In this document: piece after piece, positions 1-7,197 of the stretch
Position numbering within the stretch: the stretch's first letter is position 1
Layout: each line of letters opens with the position of its first letter
Assembly: GCA_022530585.1 (NCBI GenBank)
Contig: CP092821.1
Coordinates: 1,089,509 to 1,153,508 of the forward strand
Length of the DNA: 64,000 nt
DNA from: Candidatus Nealsonbacteria bacterium DGGOD1a
GTDB taxonomy: Bacteria > Patescibacteriota > Minisyncoccia > Minisyncoccales > UBA5738
Reading direction: 5' to 3'
Made by a program: the position numbers and the translations under genes
Notes under the pieces: model-generated
Told to the model about the DNA's origin: nothing
Seen by the model: the letters and a program-made list of their open reading frames with translations, nothing else
Databases searched by the model: none

Positions 1-10
1 CAAAAGTCAA

Positions 11-53
11 GTATGACATTTCTACTTAAATTCCGGGTATGACATTTCTACTT
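11..53. repeat. Two exact 17-nt direct repeats GTATGACATTTCTACTT (11-27 and 37-53), with a degenerate third copy at 54-65
   Basis: Read directly. It lies at the window edge, so the context is incomplete. Confidence 0.6.
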
Positions 54-67
54 GTATTTGACATTAT

Positions 68-110
68 AACCGTGAAAAACAGCGTTTTTGCGCTGTTTTT
101 CACGGTTTTT
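68..110 (+). terminator. Strong hairpin followed by a T-run, probably the terminator of a gene upstream of the window
   Basis: Perfect 17-bp stem AACCGTGAAAAACAGCG / CGCTGTTTTTCACGGTT with a 6-nt loop, followed by TTT. Confidence 0.55.
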
Positions 111-200
111 CGCCGATTTTCATCCGAAAATATCATACACCAACCGCCAATGTTTTTTATACAAACCCTAATCCTGCTATAATCAAATCAACAAAAAACT

Positions 201-887
201 ATGGCAAAATTAAATTCGAGAACCAAATATCTGCAAATCGCGTTAAACGGCAACCTTGACGACGCGGAAAGAATCATCCGGCAACTGCCCGCCAGCGAGA
301 GGATTATCATTGAAGCCGGCACGCCGCTGATCAAGCAGTTTGGCATTGATGCCGCGGCGCGGCTTAATTATTGGTGGCAAAAAAAACTTATCGCCGCGGG
401 AATCGACGCGCCCGCTTATATCGTCGCGGATATGAAAACCATTGACCGCGGCGCCACCGAAGCGCGAATGGCCGCCGGCACCGGCGCTTCCGCGGCAATC
501 GCCGCGGGACTTGCGCCGATAGAAACTTTGAACTCGTTTATCGGCGAATGCGAGATTTTGGGCATTGACGCGATGATAGATATGATGAATGTGGAATATT
601 CTTTAAATATTTTGCGGCAATTGAAAAAACAACCCGCGGTTGTCGTTTTGCACCGCGGCGTGGACGAACTCACATTCAACAAAGAAAAACAAATCCCCTA
701 CCATGAAATCCAGCGGATCAAGGGAAACTATAACATCATGCTGGCCATCGCCGGCGCCGACACGCCTCGCGAGACGCAAAGATCTTTTTTCAACGGCGCC
801 GATATCGCCGTGGTCTGGAAAAATTTTTACGCCGCCGATTCGAATACCGTTGCCATCGCGCAAGAATTCCTGCGCCAGATAAAGTAA
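201..887 (+). CDS. Ribulose-phosphate-binding barrel protein of the 3-hexulose-6-phosphate synthase / OMP decarboxylase family
   Basis: N-terminal YLQIALNG resembles the HPS/KGPDC LQxALD signature. It also has EAGTPL, VADMKTID, HRGVD and a C-terminal AIAGA motif. Several canonical residues are substituted (D to N, GG to GA). Confidence 0.5.
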   Translation: MAKLNSRTKYLQIALNGNLDDAERIIRQLPASERIIIEAGTPLIKQFGIDAAARLNYWWQKKLIAAGIDAPAYIVADMKTIDRGATEARMAAGTGASAAIAAGLAPIETLNSFIGECEILGIDAMIDMMNVEYSLNILRQLKKQPAVVVLHRGVDELTFNKEKQIPYHEIQRIKGNYNIMLAIAGADTPRETQRSFFNGADIAVVWKNFYAADSNTVAIAQEFLRQIK

Positions 888-974
888 TTGCAGTAGCAGA
901 CGCTATCGATGGCCAACGGCATAATTCATACCGTAAAGATTCAAATCATCTTATCCCCGAGGAAATAATTCTAT

Positions 975-2603
975 TCATTCTTTTTGGCGGCGCATCTTCT
1001 CCGGCGCGGAAACGCCAAGCAAACTAAGCGTGTTTTGCAAAACGATTTTCGCCGCCAAAGCCAATCCCAAACGCGCCCGGGCGGTTTTTTTATCCACGCC
1101 GATCACATGGCAATCGCGGTAAAATTTATTGAATTCCGCCGCCAAGCTTGCGGCGTACGAACAGATCCTCTGCAGTTGATAATCCTTGGCCGTATCGCCG
1201 ACAACTTCCGGCAAGCGCGATAATTCCTTCATCAGGCCGATTTCGCTTTGATGTTCCAAACCGGCGAACAACGACGGCGAAACATTTATCTTTTTTGTTT
1301 TGGCCTTGCGCAAAATGCTGGCAATGCGCGCATGCGCGTATTGCACATAAAACACCGGCGAATCACTGGATCTTTGCTTGGCCAGCGCCACATCAAATTC
1401 CATCTGCGACTGTGAAGAATTCTGCAGATAGAAAAATCTGGCCGCGTCAACGCCCACTTCATCGATTAACCAGTTCAAAGAAACGATATTCCCTTCGCGC
1501 TTGGAAATCTTGCCGCCTTTGATGGTCACAATCTGGCAGATCAAAACCTCAAACTCGCCTTTATAACCCAGAATATCCATCACCGCCTTCATCCGCGGCA
1601 CATGGCCTTGATGATCGGCGCCCCAAATATCAATGATTTTTTTATAACCGCGTTTGACTTTGTCCATATGATACGCGATATCGGAAAGAAAATATGTGGG
1701 ACTGCCGTTTGACCGCAACAATACTTCATCTTTTTGGTTGAACTTGGACATATCAATCCAGTAGGCATCATCCCTTTCAACAACCAACCCCTTCTTCTTT
1801 AAGATGTCGTAGGTTTCCATCACCAGCCTTTCTTTATACAAACTTTCCTCGGACATCCAATTATCGAATTTTATTCCCAAGTCTTTAACGATGAATTTTT
1901 TAAGATCTTTCAAAACTTCTTGCGCCAAAAAATAACCGCCGTCGGTCTCGGAATGGATCTTGGAAAGTTTGGGTTGCAACTTGGCGATCTTTTCTTTTAA
2001 ATACGGCGAAAGATACGCCTCCCCTCTTCCCAGCGCCGTCGCGCCTAAAGTCTGTATCTGTTTTGAAACTTTCGCGTCGTTGACATAATATTCCCTTTCC
2101 ACTTCATAGCCGGCTTTTTGCAAAACATTGGCCAAGGCATCGCCATAGAACGCGCTCCGGCCGTTGCCCACATGCAACTGGCCCGAAGGATTGGCCGACA
2201 CAAACTCCACCTGCGTCTTTTTCCCTTTTCCGATATTCACCTTTCCATAATCCGCGCACTCGTCCAAAATTTTCGCGGTTTCAACTTTCAAATAATCCGG
2301 CGCCAAAGTGAAATTGATAAACCCGGGGGCGGCAACCTCAATCTTTGAAAATATTTTCTTGGCCTTGGACGATCCGCCGAGTTCTTCGACAATCTTCCCC
2401 GCGATCTCCATCGGATTTTTCTTTGCCGCGGCGCTCAACCGCATCGCCGCATTGGAAGCGTAATCCCCATGCGTCCGATCCTTGCAAACGCCGGCCAGAT
2501 CGTCCCCCAAAACATTTTTAATATCTTCCGAAGTTAAAAATCCTTCTCTCGCGAGATTCTTTAATGCCGCGTTAACCGATAAATTAACTTGTTCCCGCAC
2601 CAT
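975..2603 (-). CDS. argS: Arginyl-tRNA synthetase
   Basis: 542 aa. Class I HIGH-type motif (SANPSGQLHVGNGR) and a C-terminal anticodon-binding region (FYVQYAHARIASIL). Confidence 0.95.
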   Translation of the reverse strand: MVREQVNLSVNAALKNLAREGFLTSEDIKNVLGDDLAGVCKDRTHGDYASNAAMRLSAAAKKNPMEIAGKIVEELGGSSKAKKIFSKIEVAAPGFINFTLAPDYLKVETAKILDECADYGKVNIGKGKKTQVEFVSANPSGQLHVGNGRSAFYGDALANVLQKAGYEVEREYYVNDAKVSKQIQTLGATALGRGEAYLSPYLKEKIAKLQPKLSKIHSETDGGYFLAQEVLKDLKKFIVKDLGIKFDNWMSEESLYKERLVMETYDILKKKGLVVERDDAYWIDMSKFNQKDEVLLRSNGSPTYFLSDIAYHMDKVKRGYKKIIDIWGADHQGHVPRMKAVMDILGYKGEFEVLICQIVTIKGGKISKREGNIVSLNWLIDEVGVDAARFFYLQNSSQSQMEFDVALAKQRSSDSPVFYVQYAHARIASILRKAKTKKINVSPSLFAGLEHQSEIGLMKELSRLPEVVGDTAKDYQLQRICSYAASLAAEFNKFYRDCHVIGVDKKTARARLGLALAAKIVLQNTLSLLGVSAPEKMRRQKE

Positions 2604-2662
2604 AATTATTTTACTTTTAATAGATTTTAGTTTACCTTAAACTCTGATAAAATGAAAGAGAT

Positions 2663-3127
2663 ATGAAAGTGTTCGCCGAAAACAAAAAAGCCGGATTTAA
2701 TTACAATATCGAAGAAAAATTCGAGGCGGGTTTGAGTTTGAACGGACAGGAAGCCAAAGCCATCAAAACCCGCGGATTATCCCTGGCCGGATCGTATGTG
2801 ATCGCCAAACCCGGCGGAGTTTTTTGGATCGGCGCCAAAATTCCGGCCTATCAACCCGCCAACGCCGGCGCCGACTACCACGAAGAACGCGACCGAAAGC
2901 TGTTGTTGCGCAAACACGAAATACTGCGTTTAAACGGGATTGCGTCTCAAAAAGGCTTGACTTTTATCCCCCTTCGGCTGTATACTAAAGGGCATTACGA
3001 AGGTTCCGGCAAAATCAAGCTGGAATTTGGAGTTGGCCGCGGCAAAAAGAAATTCGACAAGCGCGAAACATTGAAAAAACGCGAAGTTGATCGGGAAATC
3101 GGCCGCACTTTGGGGAAAATCGGATAA
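2663..3127 (+). CDS. smpB: SsrA-binding protein SmpB
   Basis: 154 aa. NKKAGFNY...EAGLSLNGQEAKAIK is the typical SmpB N-terminus. A tmRNA lies directly downstream. Confidence 0.95.
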   Translation: MKVFAENKKAGFNYNIEEKFEAGLSLNGQEAKAIKTRGLSLAGSYVIAKPGGVFWIGAKIPAYQPANAGADYHEERDRKLLLRKHEILRLNGIASQKGLTFIPLRLYTKGHYEGSGKIKLEFGVGRGKKKFDKRETLKKREVDREIGRTLGKIG

Positions 3128-3129
3128 TT

Positions 3130-3232
3130 TCGAAGCACGAATATTCGAATATCGAAACAAGACTCAATCCTTCAGTAAATTCAGGATCGGATTTGTTTCG
3201 GATTTCGAGTTTCGAACATTCGAGTTTATGTT
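3130..3232. repeat. AT-rich word palindrome built from CGAATATTCGAA / TTCGAACATTCGAG words
   Basis: The left arm CGAATATTCGAATATCGAAACAA is roughly complementary to the right arm TTGTTTCGGATTTCGAGTTTCGAACATTCG. The right arm is homologous to the reverse complement of 29971-30012. Confidence 0.7.
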
Positions 3233-3236
3233 TCAA

Positions 3237-3597
3237 GGGGATGTAAGGCTTCGATGGGAAGCCGGTCTCGCGATCGCAAGCCAAGTAGCCGGATCTTGTA
3301 AAAACCGGCAAACTTCAAAAGTGCCAAATCATTCGCATTTAGCGCACCTGAATTAGTCTACGCTTAATAGCCGACTAAATCTGTCCGATGAACGGATTCT
3401 CCATTAAATTTATCGGGCATAACCTTTTGGAGATAGGGTTCTCTTCCGCCTTAAAGAGCGCCCGAAACAAACAAGGCGAAGAATCCAAGAATTTTGTCGG
3501 GTTTTTATCCTGGGTTCTCAAACAAACCGGACTAAGCTTGTAGATATCGCGCGCCACGGTTTTTCAGATACGGGTTCAAGTCCCGTCGTCTCCACAA
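3237..3597 (+). ncRNA. ssrA: tmRNA (SsrA)
   Basis: The 5' GGGGATG pairs with the 3' CGTCTCC. The 3' end has a tRNA-like T-arm, CGGGTTCAAGTCCCG. The internal tag frame from GCA at 3308 reads (A)NFKSAKSFAFSAPELVYA and stops at TAA 3365-3367. It lies next to smpB. CCA is not encoded. Confidence 0.85.
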
Positions 3598-3630
3598 AAC
3601 AGCGGCAGATATTATATTTCATAAAAACGA

Positions 3631-4131
3631 GTGTTTAAAAAACCGCCTATCAACAATCAAATAAGAGCCGCGCAGGTAAGATTGATCGATGAAAACGATC
3701 ATCAAGTGGGCGTTGTTTCACTGAGAGAGGCCTTGGAAATGGCCTACTCCCGGCACCTTGATCTGGTACAGGTTACCGACAAAGTCGCTCCCCCGGTGGC
3801 AAGAATCACCGATTACGGAAAATATCTTTACGCTCTGCAGAAAAAGGAAAAAAACACCCGCACCAGCGAAGTGAAAGGAATCCGGCTGACCTACAACATT
3901 TCCCCGCATGATATGGAAACGCGGGCCAACGCGGCGAGAAAATTTTTGGAAAAAGGCGATAAGGTCAAAATTGAACTCCGGCTAAGAGGCCGCGAAAAAG
4001 CCTTTGGAAATCTTTCAAAAGAGAAAGTTGAGCAATTCCTGGCAATCTTAGCCAAGCTCACCCCCTACAAAATCGACAAAGAAATAAAACGGGAAATGGG
4101 CGGATTCAATATGATAGTTTCAAAAGGTTAA
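3631..4131 (+). CDS. infC: Translation initiation factor IF-3
   Basis: INNQIRAAQVRLIDENDHQVGVVSLREALEMA is a typical IF-3 N-terminus. The infC-rpmI-rplT order is conserved. The non-ATG (GTG) start is uncertain. Confidence 0.9.
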   Translation: MFKKPPINNQIRAAQVRLIDENDHQVGVVSLREALEMAYSRHLDLVQVTDKVAPPVARITDYGKYLYALQKKEKNTRTSEVKGIRLTYNISPHDMETRANAARKFLEKGDKVKIELRLRGREKAFGNLSKEKVEQFLAILAKLTPYKIDKEIKREMGGFNMIVSKG

Positions 4132-4189
4132 ACCATAAAATCATAAAAACATTTAATCATAGAATCATAAAACACGGATTCAGGAAAAC

Positions 4190-4375
4190 ATGAAAACAAG
4201 AAAATCAATCACAAAGCGTTTCAAGATCACCAAGAACGGCAAAATTATGCGCCGGGCGACCGGATCCTGCCATCTGCGTTCGAAAATGTCGGGCGACAAA
4301 GTCCGCGCCGGCCGCAAATGGGTTCCGTTAAACGAATCCGAAGCCAAAAAAATCAGAAAACTAATCATTAAATAA
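4190..4375 (+). CDS. rpmI: 50S ribosomal protein L35
   Basis: 61 aa. MKTRKSITKRFKITKNGKIMRR. Confidence 0.95.
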   Translation: MKTRKSITKRFKITKNGKIMRRATGSCHLRSKMSGDKVRAGRKWVPLNESEAKKIRKLIIK

Positions 4376-4377
4376 AA

Positions 4378-4478
4378 TTAAAAGTGTAAATATCAAAAAT
4401 CAAAATGACAATGTAAAATTACCAAATTTAAAAATTTGAATTGTAATTTTACACTTTGATTTTTACATTTTAAACTAT
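4378..4478. repeat. AT-rich word palindrome (GTAAAATT / TGTAAA words) upstream of rplT
   Basis: GTAAAATTACCAAATTT ... AAATTTGAATTGTAATTTTAC, flanked by AAAGTGTAAA / TTTACACTTT. Confidence 0.6.
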
Positions 4479-4482
4479 TTTT

Positions 4483-4830
4483 ATGCCACGCGTAAAACGA
4501 GGAACACTGCATCACAAAAGAAGGGCCAATATAATTGAATATACAAAAGGATTCAAATGGGGCCGGAAATCGAAACTAGCCGCGGCAAAACAGGCCATGA
4601 TGAAGGCTTTGAGTTACAACTACCGCGACCGCAAGGTAAAAAAGCGCGATACCCGCGCCATGTGGAACATCCACATCAATGGCATCTGCCGCGCTAACGG
4701 AACGAATTACAGCAAATTTATCGGCGCTTTGAAAAAACAGAACATCGTAATCGACCGCAAAATCCTCTCGCAATTAAGCGAAACCCGGCCCGAACTATTC
4801 CAAGCCATAATGGCCAAAGCCGCCAATTAA
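4483..4830 (+). CDS. rplT: 50S ribosomal protein L20
   Basis: 115 aa. MPRVKRGTLHHKRRANIIEYTKGFKWGR. Confidence 0.95.
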   Translation: MPRVKRGTLHHKRRANIIEYTKGFKWGRKSKLAAAKQAMMKALSYNYRDRKVKKRDTRAMWNIHINGICRANGTNYSKFIGALKKQNIVIDRKILSQLSETRPELFQAIMAKAAN

Positions 4831-4857
4831 AAATATCGGTTTAATTTAAAACTCAAT

Positions 4858-4884
4858 CCCCTCCTCCCGGAGGGGTTTTGTTTT
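4858..4884 (+). terminator. Rho-independent terminator after rplT
   Basis: CCCCTCC-TCCC-GGAGGGG stem-loop followed by TTTTGTTTT. Confidence 0.8.
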
Positions 4885-4890
4885 ATAACT

Positions 4891-5014
4891 TTGAATTACG
4901 AAACGCTTTGCATTTGGGGTCTATCCCTTGCTGCCTGTCCCGAGTATTCCCGAGGGATAATCGCAAGGGTTAGACCCCTTCAAGGCATTTGAATTTAATG
5001 TTTTCGTAATTCAA
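4891..5014. repeat. 124-bp nested palindromic element
   Basis: Outer arms TTGAATTACGAAA / TTTCGTAATTCAA. Inner arms GGGGTCTATCCCTTGC / GCAAGGGTTAGACCCC. Confidence 0.7.
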
Positions 5015-5073
5015 GATTATAATAAACTTGCGTCCGTTCTATTTAACGGGCGCATTGGATTGCGATACGCTAA

Positions 5074-5250
5074 GGCGGCTTCCATAAATAACTTCCATAT
5101 ATTGCCCGCGGATTTGGTTCAGATTTCAATTTTCCGACCGAGCGATATTTGAGGCGTAGCTTTGCTACATTAAAAATATCGCGACCGAGAAAAATTGAAA
5201 TATGAAACAAAGACGGGGGTATGGTGTGGAAGTTATTTATGGAAGCCGCC
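5074..5250. repeat. 177-bp MITE-like palindromic element with perfect 24-bp terminal inverted repeats
   Basis: GGCGGCTTCCATAAATAACTTCCA at 5074-5097 and its exact complement at 5227-5250. Inner arms carry TTTCAATTTT ... AAAATTGAAA. No ORF inside. Confidence 0.7.
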
Positions 5251-6008
5251 TAATTATTCAAATTTTGAAAATTCGGGCAAATAACCGCGCATCTGCCGGC
5301 AACGCACATCGACGCGAACGGACAGCGCGACATAGCCAGATAATCGCCCGGAGTGGAACACTCAAAATCATGGACGCAGACAATATCGGTCATTTTTTCC
5401 ACTTTATAATCAAAATCCGCGTTAAAATAGGTTTTGGCGCGTTCGCGGTTAATCTGAAAAGTTTTTTCATTATACGAATTTAAGGCTTTATTGCGGTATT
5501 CGGAAGGAAAAAATTCGTCAATGTCGCGCGCGAAATAACTGCCGTCGCGCGGCGCCCAGTGCGACAGCGACCCATCGTCAAGCTTGATAATTTTTGCCGG
5601 ACCGGCCGCCCCGCTTCCCTCGTATATCTTCCCGCCATCCAAATAAAATTCTTCGCACGAATAATTCAAATAAACCGCTTCTTCGCCATCGCTTTGGCCG
5701 ATTTTTTCATAAGCGCAAAAAACTTTGCCGCCTTTCGCCGCCGCGGCGAAATTTTTCTCAAGATATTCCGCGATATCGCAATCGATATTGTAAACCGACA
5801 GATCGCATTCGCCGGCGAATGGAGTTTCCGTTTTCTCGGATTTTACCGCGTCGATATCGGAATTTCTTTCCTTTCTGATCGAGAGGCCTTCACTGTCATA
5901 ATCGGGTATAATCGTTTGCGGAATTATCGATACCGCCACAAAAGTGAGAATCGCGGCCGAAATCAATATAAATATGGTTAATTTATTCATATAAAATTTT
6001 GTTATCAA
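5250..6008 (-). CDS. Hypothetical secreted or membrane-anchored protein with a Cys-rich C-terminus
   Basis: N-terminal hydrophobic anchor NKLTIFILISAAILTFVAVSII. The C-terminus reads CVHDFECSTPGDYLAMSRCPFASMCVAGRCAVICP. No family recognised. Confidence 0.55.
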   Translation of the reverse strand: MITKFYMNKLTIFILISAAILTFVAVSIIPQTIIPDYDSEGLSIRKERNSDIDAVKSEKTETPFAGECDLSVYNIDCDIAEYLEKNFAAAAKGGKVFCAYEKIGQSDGEEAVYLNYSCEEFYLDGGKIYEGSGAAGPAKIIKLDDGSLSHWAPRDGSYFARDIDEFFPSEYRNKALNSYNEKTFQINRERAKTYFNADFDYKVEKMTDIVCVHDFECSTPGDYLAMSRCPFASMCVAGRCAVICPNFQNLNN

Positions 6009-6516
6009 GCTGGATCAACGCGGCAATAATTGATTGTTTCACGGTATCTTTGCGGCACCATCGGTTTTTAGTCAGTATCCCGATCGCGCCAAGCGACAAA
6101 CCGATTTTGGGGTCGCCGGTCAAGCCCAGTTCATAAAACGCCTGGTTGATATCCCTGCCCTTCCCCACCAATTCAATCGCTTTGGGCGGATATTCAAACG
6201 CCGCCGATGTCCCCAGATAATATCTTTGCCCGTCATAAAACGCGCAAACGCACAAATTCATAAATCCGGTGGCAGCCTGCCCAACCGACATCAACCCGTC
6301 TTCCACGCCCACCGAAAAATCACAATCGCTAAACGCGGTTTTAGCCCGATTTTTGGCGCCGCGAACAGTTTCTTCCAAGCTTTTGGGCTGATCGTCCACG
6401 CCGGACTCCGTTCCGATCGTCTTGATCCGGGCTTTGTTCAAAAAATCATATTCGGCGGTTATTTCCCGCAAAGCGTCGGCCTTGATTTTATTTTTGGTGC
6501 CGATATTTATTTTCAT
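5983..6516 (-). CDS. Non-canonical purine NTP phosphatase (inosine/xanthosine triphosphatase, YjjX/DUF84-like)
   Basis: KINIGTKNKIKADALRE...ESGVDDQPKSLEETVRGAKNRAK...VGVEDGL matches the YjjX-family layout. Confidence 0.7.
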   Translation of the reverse strand: MKINIGTKNKIKADALREITAEYDFLNKARIKTIGTESGVDDQPKSLEETVRGAKNRAKTAFSDCDFSVGVEDGLMSVGQAATGFMNLCVCAFYDGQRYYLGTSAAFEYPPKAIELVGKGRDINQAFYELGLTGDPKIGLSLGAIGILTKNRWCRKDTVKQSIIAALIQLDNKILYE

Positions 6517-6581
6517 TTTTTGCTTGCTACCAAAAACGGCCTTGTGAAAGCCGTTCTGACCTTAATCTCGACATGCCTGAA

Positions 6582-7100
6582 TTACTTTACCAAATCTTCC
6601 GGCGTCTCATTTTCACTTATCACGCCTTCAACGCTGAAGTTAAACGGCGCCGGGGCCGTGCACCCGGTTTTATTCTTGCAAGTTCCGGTCGCTTTCAACA
6701 CCGCCTTGCCTTCGGCAACCACTTGATACACCGCCTGCACTCGGGCATCGCCGACTTTAACATCTCTTCGCGACAAAACATTGCTGTCACTGGAAACAAT
6801 ATCCCAATTATAATCCGTTCCCAACATTAAAACAAGATTTTTCCCGGGAGTGGCGGAATATGTCTGGCCGTTATCGTCCAAAGTGACGCGCAAAGGCAAT
6901 TCGCCGTCTTGCAGATTCAATTGCTTGGCAACCTCTTCATTGGCAAGCTTGGTTTCGGATTTAACCGGCTGATTCGCGGTTTCATCTCCAACCGGCGGAG
7001 TCACGGCCGGTTTTCCGGAATTCTGCATTATTATAACAATGCCGACAACCGCGACAAGAATCACTCCCGCGGCGACATAATACGCAATTTTTTTATCCAT
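6582..7100 (-). CDS. Hypothetical membrane-anchored extracytoplasmic protein
   Basis: N-terminal TM helix IAYYVAAGVILVAVVGIVIIM followed by a beta-rich domain. No motif recognised. Confidence 0.5.
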   Translation of the reverse strand: MDKKIAYYVAAGVILVAVVGIVIIMQNSGKPAVTPPVGDETANQPVKSETKLANEEVAKQLNLQDGELPLRVTLDDNGQTYSATPGKNLVLMLGTDYNWDIVSSDSNVLSRRDVKVGDARVQAVYQVVAEGKAVLKATGTCKNKTGCTAPAPFNFSVEGVISENETPEDLVK

Positions 7101-7197
7101 AGATTATTGATTATTTCCTCCCGATCACGGGATTTGATTATTTATACTTTTATTTTAACAATATTAAAAAACCGCGCAAGCCGCAGCCGCGGCCGCA

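Noticed and set aside
155-183. Sigma-70-like promoter (TATAAT at 178-183) upstream of the first gene
   Set aside because: The -10 hexamer is perfect, but no convincing -35 element sits at proper spacing. Promoter consensus in this lineage is not established, so it is not reported as a feature.
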